Positions 12,277 through 24,447 are shown, numbered from the whole stretch's first letter. The stretch is DNA of 62,990 nt, filler included, from Globobulimina sp. (GCA_003354225.1; 36 parts of 36 records of this genome joined end to end with filler, not necessarily neighbours in it); one strand, 5' to 3'. Made by a program: numbers and translations. The notes: generated by a model from the sequence alone, not told the origin.

Positions 12277-13826
12277 TTTTTTTTTCGATGAACTAAGCCT
12301 ATATTGGGCCGAAACTGCAAGATTTTAATTTAATTAAACACATTCAAAGATTCACGTTACTACAATCACACAGGGGATTTATTAAATATGGTATTCAAAA
12401 TACACATATAATAACACATAGCTGATGCATAAATAATTAAATAATTAAAGCAGTCGCGGGATAATAATGGAAAAAGTAACATATAGGAGAATTAAAGCAA
12501 ATTTATTATTATTATTTTTGTTTTTAAATAAAATATCCACTGCAAAGAATAAAATAATAGTTTAATAAAGATATTGCATATCAATTATTAACACAATAAA
12601 AGTACAGCATAAAAGGAGAATAAAAGTATTTTAAAGTTTGGAAAAATAGTAAAATGGTTTAAAGTGGGAAGAGAAATAAAGTAAAAAAGAGAGGAATATT
12701 AATTATTTGATTATATGTTACAAATTAAATGTTTTTAATTGCTTGCTAACAAATTAATTGTTCCACATAATATTATCATAATATATATGGCATCATAAAA
12801 GTAAAAAAATTAAAAATAACAGATGATTGTTTAATTTTTATTTGTTTTTTTTTGTTTTTAAAGTACAAAAATGTTTTTATTATTTATATTTATAATTTCT
12901 TAATTGGTTGACGTGGTATTTACATACAACAGTCATCCAAACAAATTACCATAATCTATAGCATTGTGGTCTAATGGGTATTCGTTGATTTTTTTGCATC
13001 GACCATTTTTATACAGCCGCAATAGGTCGGATCTTGTGCATTTGACATATTTTACAATGCTTTTGATGATTTTTACTCTGTCTTTGATATCGAGCTTAAA
13101 CGGTGGAAAGAATAGGTACTTTTGTAGGTGTTTGATGCCACCGTTAATATCAAAGCATATTTTGTATTTATTATCACTTAATGACTTATCATAGTCATCA
13201 TATACTAATTTGACGGCATTCATCAATATCAGCCGCGGAGTGACATAATGTTCGGCTTGGCATTCGACGAAATAATGCATCAACGTTTCGTCGTATTGTT
13301 GTGTATGACACTCACTATGCTGATAACAGTAAGGATCGTACGAATGGTCATTGGCTTTATATGCCATATACGTGTTTAATGGCAATTGATCGGCCATACA
13401 CATGACTCTTATATCGTTTTCCATAGCGGACAGATATGGGATGACTTGAGCGTGTTTTTTTGGGTTCCATTTCACTTTCAAATCATAATAATGTCGTCCC
13501 CAGCCATACGTATATGTACTAAAATGTAATCCATATCTATTTTTATTCCATATTCGTTCATCATATTTGTCCGCTAAATATCTAATTTCGGACTTTATTG
13601 TTTTATACGCAATCATATTATTGGGATTAAGCCATGTTTTTGGATCATTATGTAAAATATGATCATTTTTAGTGGCAAATAAATCGGTGTCGGACTTACT
13701 GTCATCTGTAATTTGATTATGATGTCGATCATTATTATTATTGTTATCTTTCTTTATTTCCATCGTAAAATATTGTTTAACAGTTCCAGCCGCGCACTTT
13801 GCCAATAAATCAACGATATCATTCAT
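12277..13826 (-). mobile_element. 3' remnant of an RNase H-bearing non-LTR retrotransposon (ORF 12933-13826, 3' UTR, A-run)
   Basis: ORF begins NDIVDLLAKCAA (RNase H C-terminal NxxxDxLAK) and contains C.....C......ETLMHYFVEC (non-LTR zinc knuckle). The minus strand ends in an A9 run. Confidence 0.6.
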
Positions 13827-13858
13827 ACTTGATTACTAATATATATATATGATTTTGG

Positions 13859-13929
13859 TTATTTTTGAGCACAAGTGGTGAGTTGGCACCGCTGGAGTTA
13901 TTTTTGAGCACAAGTGGTGAGTTGGCACC
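13859..13929. repeat. 39-bp minisatellite running off the contig end
   Basis: TTATTTTTGAGCACAAGTGGTGAGTTGGCACCGCTGGAG x1.8 with no spacer. Confidence 0.85.
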
Positions 13930-14031
13930 NNNNNNNNNNNNNNNNNNNNNNNNNNNNNNNNNNNNNNNNNNNNTTAATTAATTAANNNNNNNNNNNNNNN
14001 NNNNNNNNNNNNNNNNNNNNNNNNNNNNNCC

Positions 14032-15682
14032 ATGTCGTCTGTACTAGTCTCTCTGTGCATATTATCAATCACAGTTATTAAGGGATATTACCTATCCCTC
14101 AGTGTGTTAGAATGGAAAAACGCATCAAACTTTTGTCAAAGCTATTGCAACAGCAATCTAGTCTCAATCCATAACAAGTCGCAATATGAAAAGGCAGTGA
14201 AATCAATACAAAACAACCAATATATTTACAAGGACGTCTGGATCGGCTTGAACGACATGAAAGAATCTGATAACTGGCTGTGGAGCGATGCCACACCATT
14301 CAATTTCGGCAGTGCTGCATATGGTTCTTATCCATGGCGATATAATGAACCTGACTTCAACTCCATCGATGACTGTGTCGCAATCGAAGCCACACGCGAT
14401 TACCAATGGGTAGACAAAGAACAACATTCAAATTATCATTTTCTATGTGCTTCCTGCTCCAATACACTCACTAAATATGTGGCCATCAACGGCTTTCGCA
14501 ACTATACCACTGCGGGGCAACAGTGCCAGGACAGGTTAATACTGCTTGATTTGCATCCAATTTGCAAACTGTTTTCCATTTTCTATTGATATTTTGTGCA
14601 GATTCGGTACGTCACTCGCTTCCATCCACAACTCCCGCGATATGGAAGAAGCGCGAACAGTGTGTCAGTCAATAACAGATATCGCCGGTTGCTGGATAGG
14701 ACTCAATGACATAGGAAACAGACATGAATACAGTTGGGAGGATGCCACAGAGTTTGGTTTTGGTGCTATGTTTAATGAATATCCATGGTATCGTACCCAA
14801 CCAGGTTTGACTGGGAATCAACGCTGTGTACAAATCGACCCTTCGCCAGAGAATTATTTATGGGATGACGCCAATTGCAATCTGACTGCGAGGACTTTGT
14901 GCAATGCGCCCAGTGAAATATGCAGCGATTCGCACTTTTTTATCTCTAACGAAGAAACTGCGGCAGATTCGTGGATTTGGAGCAAACAGCCGTGTCTGGT
15001 CGAGAATAGTTTGTTGGATATGGAGAGCACTGCGATTGCGGAGAAACAATATTTTAATGTGGATGGGGTGTTGGTGGTGGATATGGTGTACACAGTGAGC
15101 GAGATTGGAGTGAATGGCAATGGTGGAATGGCATTTTATTTTGATGAAAAAGAGTGCGCCAACCATTATGTAGTTGGCATTTGGCCCGCATTTAATTATA
15201 TTTTTCTGGGCAAATATGTCAATGGAATATGGAATTTAATACAAGTCGCCGATATCAGTGATGTTGGCATTGTGTATAATCTGAATACTTATTATTCGCT
15301 GCAGGTTGAGTTAATAAATGGAGTGGATTGGTATGTCAAATTTAATGATAACGACATGTTTTATGTGAGTGAGATTGGCGACGATACGTTTGGTAATTTT
15401 GGGAATAAGTTTTCAGGATTTATTGGGATCCGCAATCATAATACAAGCATGAAAGTGAAGTCGTTGTTTGTTTCTGGTGATATTCAATCTGTGGACTGGA
15501 ACTTGTTATATTTGTCCTGTAATAATATATCGACTGGAAATCCGAGTGTGACTCCAACATTTGCGCCTACTATGAAGCCGACGAGATTTATATATTCAAT
15601 CCATGAGCAAGTTAATGCGACCAATGGCGAGGAGGATGTTGATGCCATTGGACCTATGGCGGGGAATGAGATTGTTAGTGGC
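14032..15682 (+). CDS. Secreted protein with two C-type lectin domains and a PTxxP stalk (intron 14535-14601), 3'-partial
   Basis: Signal peptide, two WIGLND...W.W.D motifs, EPD and QPG sites. A GTTAAT...TGCAG intron joins the two ORFs (CQDR-FGT). Confidence 0.9.
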
Positions 15683-15782
15683 NNNNNNNNNNNNNNNNNN
15701 NNNNNNNNNNNNNNNNNNNNNNNNNNTTAATTAATTAANNNNNNNNNNNNNNNNNNNNNNNNNNNNNNNNNNNNNNNNNNNN

Positions 15783-16753
15783 CATATGTCGGGAAATGTG
15801 AACGTGAATAAAACTTTTCAAATGCTCGCCAAATTATTTTTGTATCCTTAACATTTGCGGATTTATCCACTTTCTCCATAAATATTACGGGATTATTATT
15901 ATTTTTTTCGTCCTTTTCATTCTTTTCATCCTTTTCTTCAGCTTGCAATGGCAAAGAACCATAGCCATTTTCTGGTTTGTTTTGTTGATTTGAGATAGCC
16001 ATTAATCCATATTCCATAAAATTGTATTTTTCAAAGCGTGCGCCGACTAATCCCATATAAATACCTTGCATTGGATACAGACTATTTTCACCAAAACTTT
16101 TTTTATTTATTCTTCCGCAATTTCTTCGATCCCCATCGTTTATAAAATGAGTAGGCGATGATATTCCGCACATTGCAGATATTAAAAGTTCATCATAACT
16201 CAAATAATCAATCAATTTTGGTTTTTTCTCGGGCGTCACATCGTATTTATCAATTTTCTCTTCATTTAAAGTGCCGACATAGTCCCAATGTCCTGAATCA
16301 TTATAACCATTTCTCAGTAAATAAGAATCATAGCTTTGATAAAACACAACACATTTTTTTGTCGCTAATCTGTCAAAAAATTCACATAATCTCATATTTG
16401 CATACACTTTTTTCTCAATCTCTGATCCATATTTTTGCTACAATAATATTAAAATATATATAATTTATATTTAATTTGCGATTTTGCGAACTCTTAACTT
16501 TAATGAGCAAAAAGTCATAAGCTAAGGATATAACACTTCCGTGAACCAACGGATAACACAATTGCATATGTCCAAATGTTTGTGCTTTAAATGCTTTCCA
16601 ATCATCTGATGTTATCCTATTATTATCCACCGGAAACTTACAAATGTCACTCTCAAATTTATTTATTCTCTCCTCATATTGTTTAAACATTGTATCTATA
16701 TCAAGTATGTCATTCTTCTTATTGTCATCGCCTGTGTCCTTCGGCTGCGCCAT
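15783..16753 (-). CDS. DUF4804 family protein (intron 16438-16498), 3'-partial
   Basis: Spliced FLLIK|QKYGSEIEKKVY, then YLSYDELLISA...THFINDGDRRNCG and GLVGARFEK. Confidence 0.75.
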
Positions 16754-16955
16754 CCGGCAAAGAGCAAAGAGTAGCTTCTAGCTAAAGTTTTTAATAAATA
16801 AAATAAATAGGATTTAGATAGGGCAGGGCAATTAAATAAGTGTCCACACAGTTAGTAGCAAACAAATACTGTATCAGTATCAGTATCATGTTAGAAATGT
16901 TATGCGAACCAAACTGTCAATCAATCAATCAAACAATTTAAATCCAACAACTTGT

Positions 16956-17435
16956 TTATTCAAATAAACCACTCAATGAATTCGGTTTTCTGCGGTTTCT
17001 ATTATTCCTATTATTTTTATTATTACTTTTATTTTTATGATTTTTATGGTTTTTATGATTTGATTTGTTTATTTTTGGATGTATGGGATTTGCCGATATC
17101 AGTTTATATAAACAACTGTACGATTTTGTAGGTCGAGCATAACTTTTCGCATTGTTATGTTTATTATTTTTGATATTCAATCGTCTTTTTTTTGTTTTTG
17201 GTTTTGGTGTTGGTGAAAGTGGCAATGTGTCCAATAATGATTTTGATGGATTACTTTCTCGCTTTCTTTTCTTCTCTCTTTTTTTTTCTCTTTTTTTTTC
17301 TCTTTTTTTAACCTTATTTTCTGCTCTTTTTTTTTTATTATTTTTATTTTTATTTTTGTCTTTTTTGTTTTTGTTTAACGTATTTGTATATTGACCGCCT
17401 AAGCCGCCTCTCGCCAAATCAATCACTTCCTCAAA
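16956..17435 (-). CDS. Lys/Asn-rich C-terminal fragment
   Basis: Low-complexity open frame from the contig edge. Confidence 0.4.
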   Translation of the reverse strand, partial: FEEVIDLARGGLGGQYTNTLNKNKKDKNKNKNNKKKRAENKVKKREKKREKKREKKRKRESNPSKSLLDTLPLSPTPKPKTKKRRLNIKNNKHNNAKSYARPTKSYSCLYKLISANPIHPKINKSNHKNHKNHKNKSNNKNNRNNRNRRKPNSLSGLFE

Positions 17436-17535
17436 NNNNNNNNNNNNNNNNNNNNNNNNNNNNNNNNNNNNNNNNNNNNTTAATTAATTAANNNNNNNNN
17501 NNNNNNNNNNNNNNNNNNNNNNNNNNNNNNNNNNN

Positions 17536-17956
17536 GGACCACTTGCCGCTGAATAGTGTCAATACCATAAATACATTGAAAGATAAGGGATTGTCGCATG
17601 TTGACGAGGACTGTGTCACTGCACAGTCGATCATTGCGAATAATACTGTCTTGACACCGTACCATCATAATAAGTATTTGAATCGATTGAATTTCAATAA
17701 TAAGATTATAAATGATCGGAAAACGGGAGCAAAACTACAGAAACGAAGGCTTAATATGTGGAATAATTTGAAGTACAATCGGATTAATGAGAATTCGACG
17801 ATTAATAATGAGTTGAATGAGTCTGAAATAAGAGCACAAGGATCCGCAGCATATCATAATATTCGGTCCGTTGAATCGCCGTCGTCGGATTCTTCAGTTT
17901 CTACGAGGAAATCCGCGGTGTTTGCGTCTATTCCTGAACTGGAACATAACATATAA
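17536..17956 (+). CDS. Hypothetical C-terminal fragment
   Basis: Open frame from the contig edge; no family recognised. Confidence 0.35.
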
Positions 17957-18130
17957 GCACATGTATTGTCTGAATTGTATCCAAGAATTGATCATATTGT
18001 ATTAAATAACTTTATTTTTTGTGAGTCGAAAGTTTTATGCTTCAAACATCTTTTTTATCATCAAAGTTAATGTCAGACACTTGATAAAGTCTGGAACATA
18101 CATTGAAATATTAATATAGCATAAATTCAG

Positions 18131-19109
18131 AATGCAATCATGGAATGGTGGCGGAGCGAAAAATGTTGCACAGAATAGAAAATTAGTGCCATTATTTCCG
18201 AAAAAAGACAGAACAATTCATTCATTGTTAAGTGTTTATGTTTATTGAAATATAAATTATAAAATAATAATTAATAATATAAATAGTCCGAATAATAATA
18301 AACGAAAAAGAAAACAAATTGAATCAAATGTGAATTCAAATCGTAGTAATTCCAAAAAGCAGCGGATAAATCAAAGAAATGAACCACAGTCAATTCTTAA
18401 AAATGGGCAAAATCGCAATTGCAATAAATCTCTGAACGAAGTTGAAGAAGGTCCACCAAATTTAAATTTTTTTAATCAATTTCGACATAAAAATCACCAA
18501 AAACCTAAAAATTTAGGCCAAAAAAATCGAATCATCTCAAAACCCAAAAGTAATATAAATGGAAAATTATATCTCAATCCAGCATCAATATCAAGCAATG
18601 TATTTTTATTCTTTTTTTTTTAATTCTGATTAAAATTCAATTTAAAACTTTAAAAGGTAAAAAGGCAAACATTTGGACAAAATAATAACAATCAAAAAAG
18701 AGAGAAAAAAATTAATAAAAAACCACAATTTCAATTTGAAAATAGTAATATCAATAAATCAGAGCGAGGGATATTGTGTAGTTTACAAATAAAAGTAAAA
18801 AGATTGGAAAACGAGAATGAAAAACTTAAACAAAGAGTGAATGTGTTGGAAGAGGCAATAAATTCGTTACAATCACAATCACGCTATAAAATAGCAAATA
18901 ATTCAAATAAAGAAATGCAAAGACCAAAATTTGGTGGTTTTATAACATTTGAATCTGATAATCAACAACAACAACCATCGCAATTGCAATTACAAAGTGA
19001 ATCTGATCAATTTGATGATTTCGGAGAATTTGATAATGATAATATCGATAATATGGACAATAGCGATGTATTTAATGGTGATGCGTTTGATGATGACACT
19101 TATCCATAA
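18131..19109 (+). CDS. Probable spliced low-complexity coiled-coil protein
   Basis: ORF pieces 18330-18623 and 18774-19109 are separated by AT-rich intron-like stretches; exon limits are uncertain. Confidence 0.4.
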
Positions 19110-19344
19110 AATAATTAACATATTTTGCCTAATGTTTAATTTGCACATACTTTTCCTGTTTCAAATGATTCATGTTCTAAAGTATTTANNNNNNNNNNNN
19201 NNNNNNNNNNNNNNNNNNNNNNNNNNNNNNNNTTAATTAATTAANNNNNNNNNNNNNNNNNNNNNNNNNNNNNNNNNNNNNNNNNNNNCCATTGCCTGTC
19301 ACACTTAAAAAAAAAACTTTACTTACTTTACATTTTCATTTCAG

Positions 19345-20567
19345 GCGAAATCAAAACAAGTTTGGGTGAGTTAGTAGATAAGAAATCTATAAATTGGCAA
19401 CAATGGGACAATAAAAAGAAGAAATATAAATCCAAAAATTGTGGACAATTATTGATCAGATATTGTAACATAATCAAAAAATACTCGTTTACCAGTTATT
19501 TACGCGGCGGATTAGAGATTCAGATGATGGTTGCTATAGATTTTACGGGAAGTAACGGCGATCCACGCGATCCCAAATCGTTGCATTATATGGGAGCACC
19601 TCATTATGAGTCGCAATATATGAAAGTAATAAAATCTGTGGGCCGTGTCTTAGAGCCATACGGTATGAAATATGTCATTATATGTATTGAAATATAATAA
19701 AAAACACATAATATGACAGACGCCGATGGCGAGATAGCAGCATATGGTTTTGGCGCAAATCTCAACCCATACGGCAAGCAAATCAGTCATTTTTGCAATT
19801 CGACGCTAACGCCAAACAACGAAAAAGTTCCAGGCATTGATGGTTTGAGCGAAGCCTACAAAAATTGTCTAAACAAAGTACAACTGTATGGACCTACATA
19901 TTTCAGTGAGATTTTGACCAACGCCGCTGCCAAATCCATAGGTGTTTGCAGCCAAAACGCGCAGTCTTACAATATATTGTTAATAATCACCGACGGTGTC
20001 ATCAATGATATGCAACGATCCATCGACGCAGTGGTGGATGCCACGCGATTGCCATTATCCATCATTATCGTAGGTGTAGGCGATGCGGATTTTAGTAATA
20101 TGGATACATTGGACGCCGATGATGAGCCATTACGGCATAGCCGCACTCGCAAGTATATGGAGAGGGATATTGTGCAATTTGTGCCGTTTAATGAGTTTAA
20201 AAACCTCCATATGAGTGCCATCGCGAAGGAGACGTTGGAAGAGGTGCCGAGACAGGTCACCTCGTTCATGGCCATGCATAATATTTGTCCAAATCGGCCC
20301 AAACATAATAAGCAACCGAGTATGGACAATATGTATGCGGCGTTGTCCATTGCCCCGGATAGCAATCCGTATATACCGCAGGAGGAAATGAAGCAAGTCA
20401 ATCCGCCGCCGGCTGCCTATGGAGGCGGCGGGATGTACAGTGAGGGCGCGATAACTGTACAGGTACAACCCGGTGGTGCCAATAATAGGCCTCCGCCTGC
20501 TTATAATGCAAAAAATAATGTGCCTGCAAATCCCTATTATAACAATTATGGTGGTTTTAAAGATTAA
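19345..20567 (+). CDS. Copine (vWA domain plus Pro/Tyr-rich tail; intron 19663-19719), 5'-partial
   Basis: VAIDFTGSNGDPRDPKSLHY, LYGPTYF, ILLIITDG, LPLSIIIVGVGDADF, RDIVQFVPF. Confidence 0.96.
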
Positions 20568-21041
20568 GTATATTTGTAATGTTGATTTATTTTTTCTCCA
20601 TTTTTTTGGGTTTTTAGCTAGAATCTTTGTTATAAATATTGCGTGTGTTTTTTTTTCATGTTTTTAAATTTCTTTTTTATTTTAGTGTTGAAAATGTGAA
20701 TCATTTTGTTTGAAATTGTTTTTGGGTGCAATATTAAGTACGTATTTTCATAATTAATTATAAAATTTGATTTTTTAACTGTAGAATTGTAAATGTTGCA
20801 TCTACGGTCTTATACTATATTCAATTATTTTTTTTCTGTTATAATTATTTGACAGCATGCGACTATTTTTGTAGGATTGTAACAGAATAGAAAGTTTTTT
20901 TGACAAACATTTAGTAGATAGATGGCTGCAGCTGCGGTTGANNNNNNNNNNNNNNNNNNNNNNNNNNNNNNNNNNNNNNNNNNNNTTAATTAATTAANNN
21001 NNNNNNNNNNNNNNNNNNNNNNNNNNNNNNNNNNNNNNNNN

Positions 21042-21523
21042 AAATTGTAACCCTGCTCTTCCACTTTGACTCTTTCGTTTTGTTTTCGTTTTTTTGCTGT
21101 CTTTACTGTCTTTACAATCACTCCCGATGCCATCAGCAAGATTTGCCATATATTTATTTACGGCTCGAGTTCCTTCGGATTGGGCATGCTGTATTATTAA
21201 AGATTGTATATATTATATCAATACCATATGTAATATGTATTATTAATAACTTTTGATAATTCCAATGGGAATATTAATTGTGATGCTGTTTGAATGCTTC
21301 TTGCATCCAAAGTTGTTTTTGCATTTATTGCTAATAGATTTACCGATTCATATATGATGCGTTCAAACATATCTTTGACAAATGAATCCATGATTAACAT
21401 GGCCTGTTTAGACATCCCTATTTCTGGATGAGTTTGCTTTAATACTTTGAATAAATATAAATTATAAGTTTCAATGCGTTTTATATTGTGTTTGACTTTG
21501 ACTGAAGAGACTGAAACTGCCAT
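21042..21523 (-). CDS. Histone H2B-H2A fusion (doublet histone; intron 21189-21250), 3'-partial
   Basis: H2B fold YLFKVLKQTHPEIGMSKQAMLIMDSFVKDMFERI...ELSK|HAQSEGTRAVNKY continues with no stop through a linker into SQSGRAGLQF, the H2A signature. Confidence 0.85.
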
Positions 21524-21552
21524 TATCGAATGAGTTTTTTTCAACTTTCAAG

Positions 21553-22491
21553 TTAAGATAGGAACTTATAAATAACTCTAAATGTCTGTTTTTTAAATCT
21601 GTCCCATTTAACTTGATACATTATCAATGCAATTAGTAATAGCAAATAAAATGCAATTAACCACAAACTTAATTTTGTTTTATTTTCTTCCTCTTTTTTT
21701 GTTTGTGCCCAAACCAATATTCCCCTCATTTCAATGTAACGATTATCTTTCACAATATAATAATGTTTGGGTGCGAGCGATTTCATTTTTTTATCTTTGA
21801 TTTTATCACATTTTACGTATTGTGGATTTAATGCAATTTCAAATACTCCAACACAACTCAATGATGCACCTAATTTTGACTTATTCCATGTTTTACACAT
21901 TTTAGAAAATGAACGAGATAATGAAATGGCACTCGTTAAATAAATGCCATCACCAAATATGGCACCGGATCTCATTTGTGTGGTATTACTCATATTTTGC
22001 AAATTATGTTCAATGATTGCATGCCAATTATAAGTGGGACTGCCATGATAAGCTATCACCGATCCAAATTTTTCTTTACTTTGAATAAATTCATTAAATG
22101 GCTTAGCTTTTGCTTTATAATTACGATTGACCATAAACTGATAGTTACAATTTATAACTTCATTAAAATCTGGCTTTGGTAGAAATGATAATCCATTTGG
22201 ATTTGTTTCATGTTTCATTGGTTTTGATATTACAAACCATTCAATCAAAGCACGGCATTCTTCATTCAAATCAATCCATGATTTTTTAATATTATTTATG
22301 GTTGGCAAATTTGTGAGTGTTTGTTTTAGCAAATGCAAGTTTGGTTTTCTTATATTTGAAGAATAATTGAACTTTGCTGGCAATTCTTTAATAATTCGCG
22401 AATAATTTGATTGTTGAAAACAACAATGCAACAGAGATACTCTTAAATCTAGGCCTAATTCATCCAAATCATTTAAAAGCTTTAAATCCAT
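21553..22491 (-). CDS. PARP16: PARP16-like tail-anchored mono-ADP-ribosyltransferase
   Basis: AYHGS..NWHAI, FGDGIYLTS and HYYIV give the H-Y-Y triad; C-terminal TM helix. Confidence 0.85.
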   Translation of the reverse strand: MDLKLLNDLDELGLDLRVSLLHCCFQQSNYSRIIKELPAKFNYSSNIRKPNLHLLKQTLTNLPTINNIKKSWIDLNEECRALIEWFVISKPMKHETNPNGLSFLPKPDFNEVINCNYQFMVNRNYKAKAKPFNEFIQSKEKFGSVIAYHGSPTYNWHAIIEHNLQNMSNTTQMRSGAIFGDGIYLTSAISLSRSFSKMCKTWNKSKLGASLSCVGVFEIALNPQYVKCDKIKDKKMKSLAPKHYYIVKDNRYIEMRGILVWAQTKKEEENKTKLSLWLIAFYLLLLIALIMYQVKWDRFKKQTFRVIYKFLS

Positions 22492-22794
22492 ACTTGACAA
22501 ATAAATATTTAATTTGACATGACGTGGAGACTGAACTGAAGAGCTAAACTGTTTCTAAACTGTTTCGACATCACATGGCACTAAACAGTACTAAATTTGG
22601 CTCAGTAGCTGCTGGCAAGATTGCTTATTTGAAACAATTAAAATACAAAGATTGGCATAGAAAAAGGCTTGCTTCATACATCAGATCAAATATCNNNNNN
22701 NNNNNNNNNNNNNNNNNNNNNNNNNNNNNNNNNNNNNNTTAATTAATTAANNNNNNNNNNNNNNNNNNNNNNNNNNNNNNNNNNNNNNNNNNNN

Positions 22795-23714
22795 AATGGG
22801 CGTGCATTTGTGGGCACAAACACGTATCTGACACACAATGCTTCCGTCTGGGTTGATTAATTATATCGCGATCGGTTACGGTCACGTTTATCTGTCGATG
22901 ATTTAGTCAGTGATATTGTAAGTTTGTTACAACAGTATCCATCACAATTTGCCAATACATACATCCTATTTACTTCTGATAACGTTACAGTTTTAATATT
23001 TTATATTTGATACTTTTGCGAACATTTATAAATTGCACAGGTTACCATTTGGGGCAATATGATGTGCCTTGTTCGAAACAGCAACCATACGAAGAGACCA
23101 TCAGAATTCCAATGTATATGACAGGACCAAATGTGCCGAAAGGCAAAGTTACATTGGATATGGTGGGTAATATTGATATACTTCCAACTTTTTTGAGTTT
23201 GGCAGGAATTGGATATGAGGTGGACACATATGACGGCATGACATGGACGGAGGGCATTCTTAACGGAGTGGATGTGTACGATACGGGTGTATTGGAAGGA
23301 GCTACTGATTGGAGGACAAGTTGGCTGACACAGTATCAGTCGGTGGGGACGTATGGTTTTAGCCATTGTGAGACTTGGGTGCCGGCCGCAAATGGCTCGG
23401 TGTGTCCCGGTCAAAAGCAACGGCCACCGGAAACGAACGCAGCTGGCCGTGCGTGGATAGTGGACAATGTAACGACAAACAATTGGAGAGCCATACGGAT
23501 TATGAACGATACAACAAATATAATGTATGCTGAATTTGTGAATAGTTGGGATGAGCATGGATTTAATGAGCCATATTTTTATGAATATTATGATATCAAA
23601 AACGATCCATTTCAATTAACAAACTCTTATGATAAGTTGGCAAGTAATTTACAACAAGAATTACATTCAATGCTTATGGAATATGGTAATTGCACTGGCT
23701 CAGATTGTTGGTGA
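22795..23714 (+). pseudogene. N-acetylglucosamine-6-sulfatase-like sulfatase, C-terminal part, apparently disrupted
   Basis: LYRDRLRS.LSVDD, FTSDN/GYHLG, K..PYE..IRIP, NIDILPT, EYYD...DPFQL. In-frame TAA at 22858-22860, and intron 22984-23040 splices one base out of frame. Confidence 0.7.
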
Positions 23715-23957
23715 TTAAGCACGTTATATTATATATATATGTGGTTGAATACGTTGCAATTTTAATAATTGATTGTTATGTTAGATGCATGTTTATATGC
23801 ATATTCTCGTCGAATTTGCTCAAAATTAGCCAACAGACTAAACAACATACCAAGAGCTTTGCTGCTTTGCTTCTTCTATTTTAGTATTCTTGTGTCAGTC
23901 ACCAAAACAAAACACGCAAAGCTTATGAATTAATTATAATAATTGTAACAATGCGAT

Positions 23958-24447
23958 TTATAACACAACACACCAACTCCTTAGCATTTCAATATTCTCC
24001 ATTGAATCCTCCAAATTATTATATCTCTCAGCCATATCCATATCTTTTATACCATCCATATTATCCATATCCGGACCAACTGACTGACAAAAAATTAATA
24101 AATATACTTTTCTTTCTAAATTATTTAATTTCAACCAATTTTCTGCTAAATCAATCATTTGTGTTTGTGAGATAACTTTTTGTGTATCTGTGTTATCAGT
24201 ATTTCCTAACACAAAATCCCAAATTTCTTCTAATATTTGTTTCTTTTGTTCAATGGTAAACCCTTTGACACCGCGCGCGTTCCATTTGTGAGTGATCTGT
24301 TCAAATGGATCGGTTTTAGATGGATCAAATATCAATGTATCGGTTTCAATATCTATCTCCTTCAAATCCATTGATTTTAAATAAAATAAATAAAGCATTT
24401 TGCCATTATTGTTCTTATAAATGTCAATTGTGAATGTCCCATCGGAC
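23958..24447 (-). CDS. Hypothetical C-terminal fragment
   Basis: Open frame of at least 146 aa. Confidence 0.35.

Noticed and set aside
13859-13929. CRISPR-like repeat
   Set aside because: The copies are head-to-tail with no spacers, the context is eukaryotic and there are no cas genes.
17152-17394. Phe/Leu-rich membrane protein
   Set aside because: It is the antisense shadow of a Lys-rich A-tract ORF. The many other short antisense ORFs over real genes were dismissed for the same reason.
21218-21544. Truncated stand-alone H2B as given by the ORF track
   Set aside because: The VINNTYYIWY tail is intron read-through; splicing restores the conserved helix and the fusion.
15783-22491. ADP-ribosylation writer/eraser cluster (DUF4804 + PARP16)
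   Set aside because: The genes are on different contigs ordered only by length; there is no linkage evidence.
22858-22860. TAA reassigned to Gln (ciliate-type code)
   Set aside because: Other Gln codons in the same gene are CAA/CAG, and TAA terminates conserved genes such as LC8 and copine.
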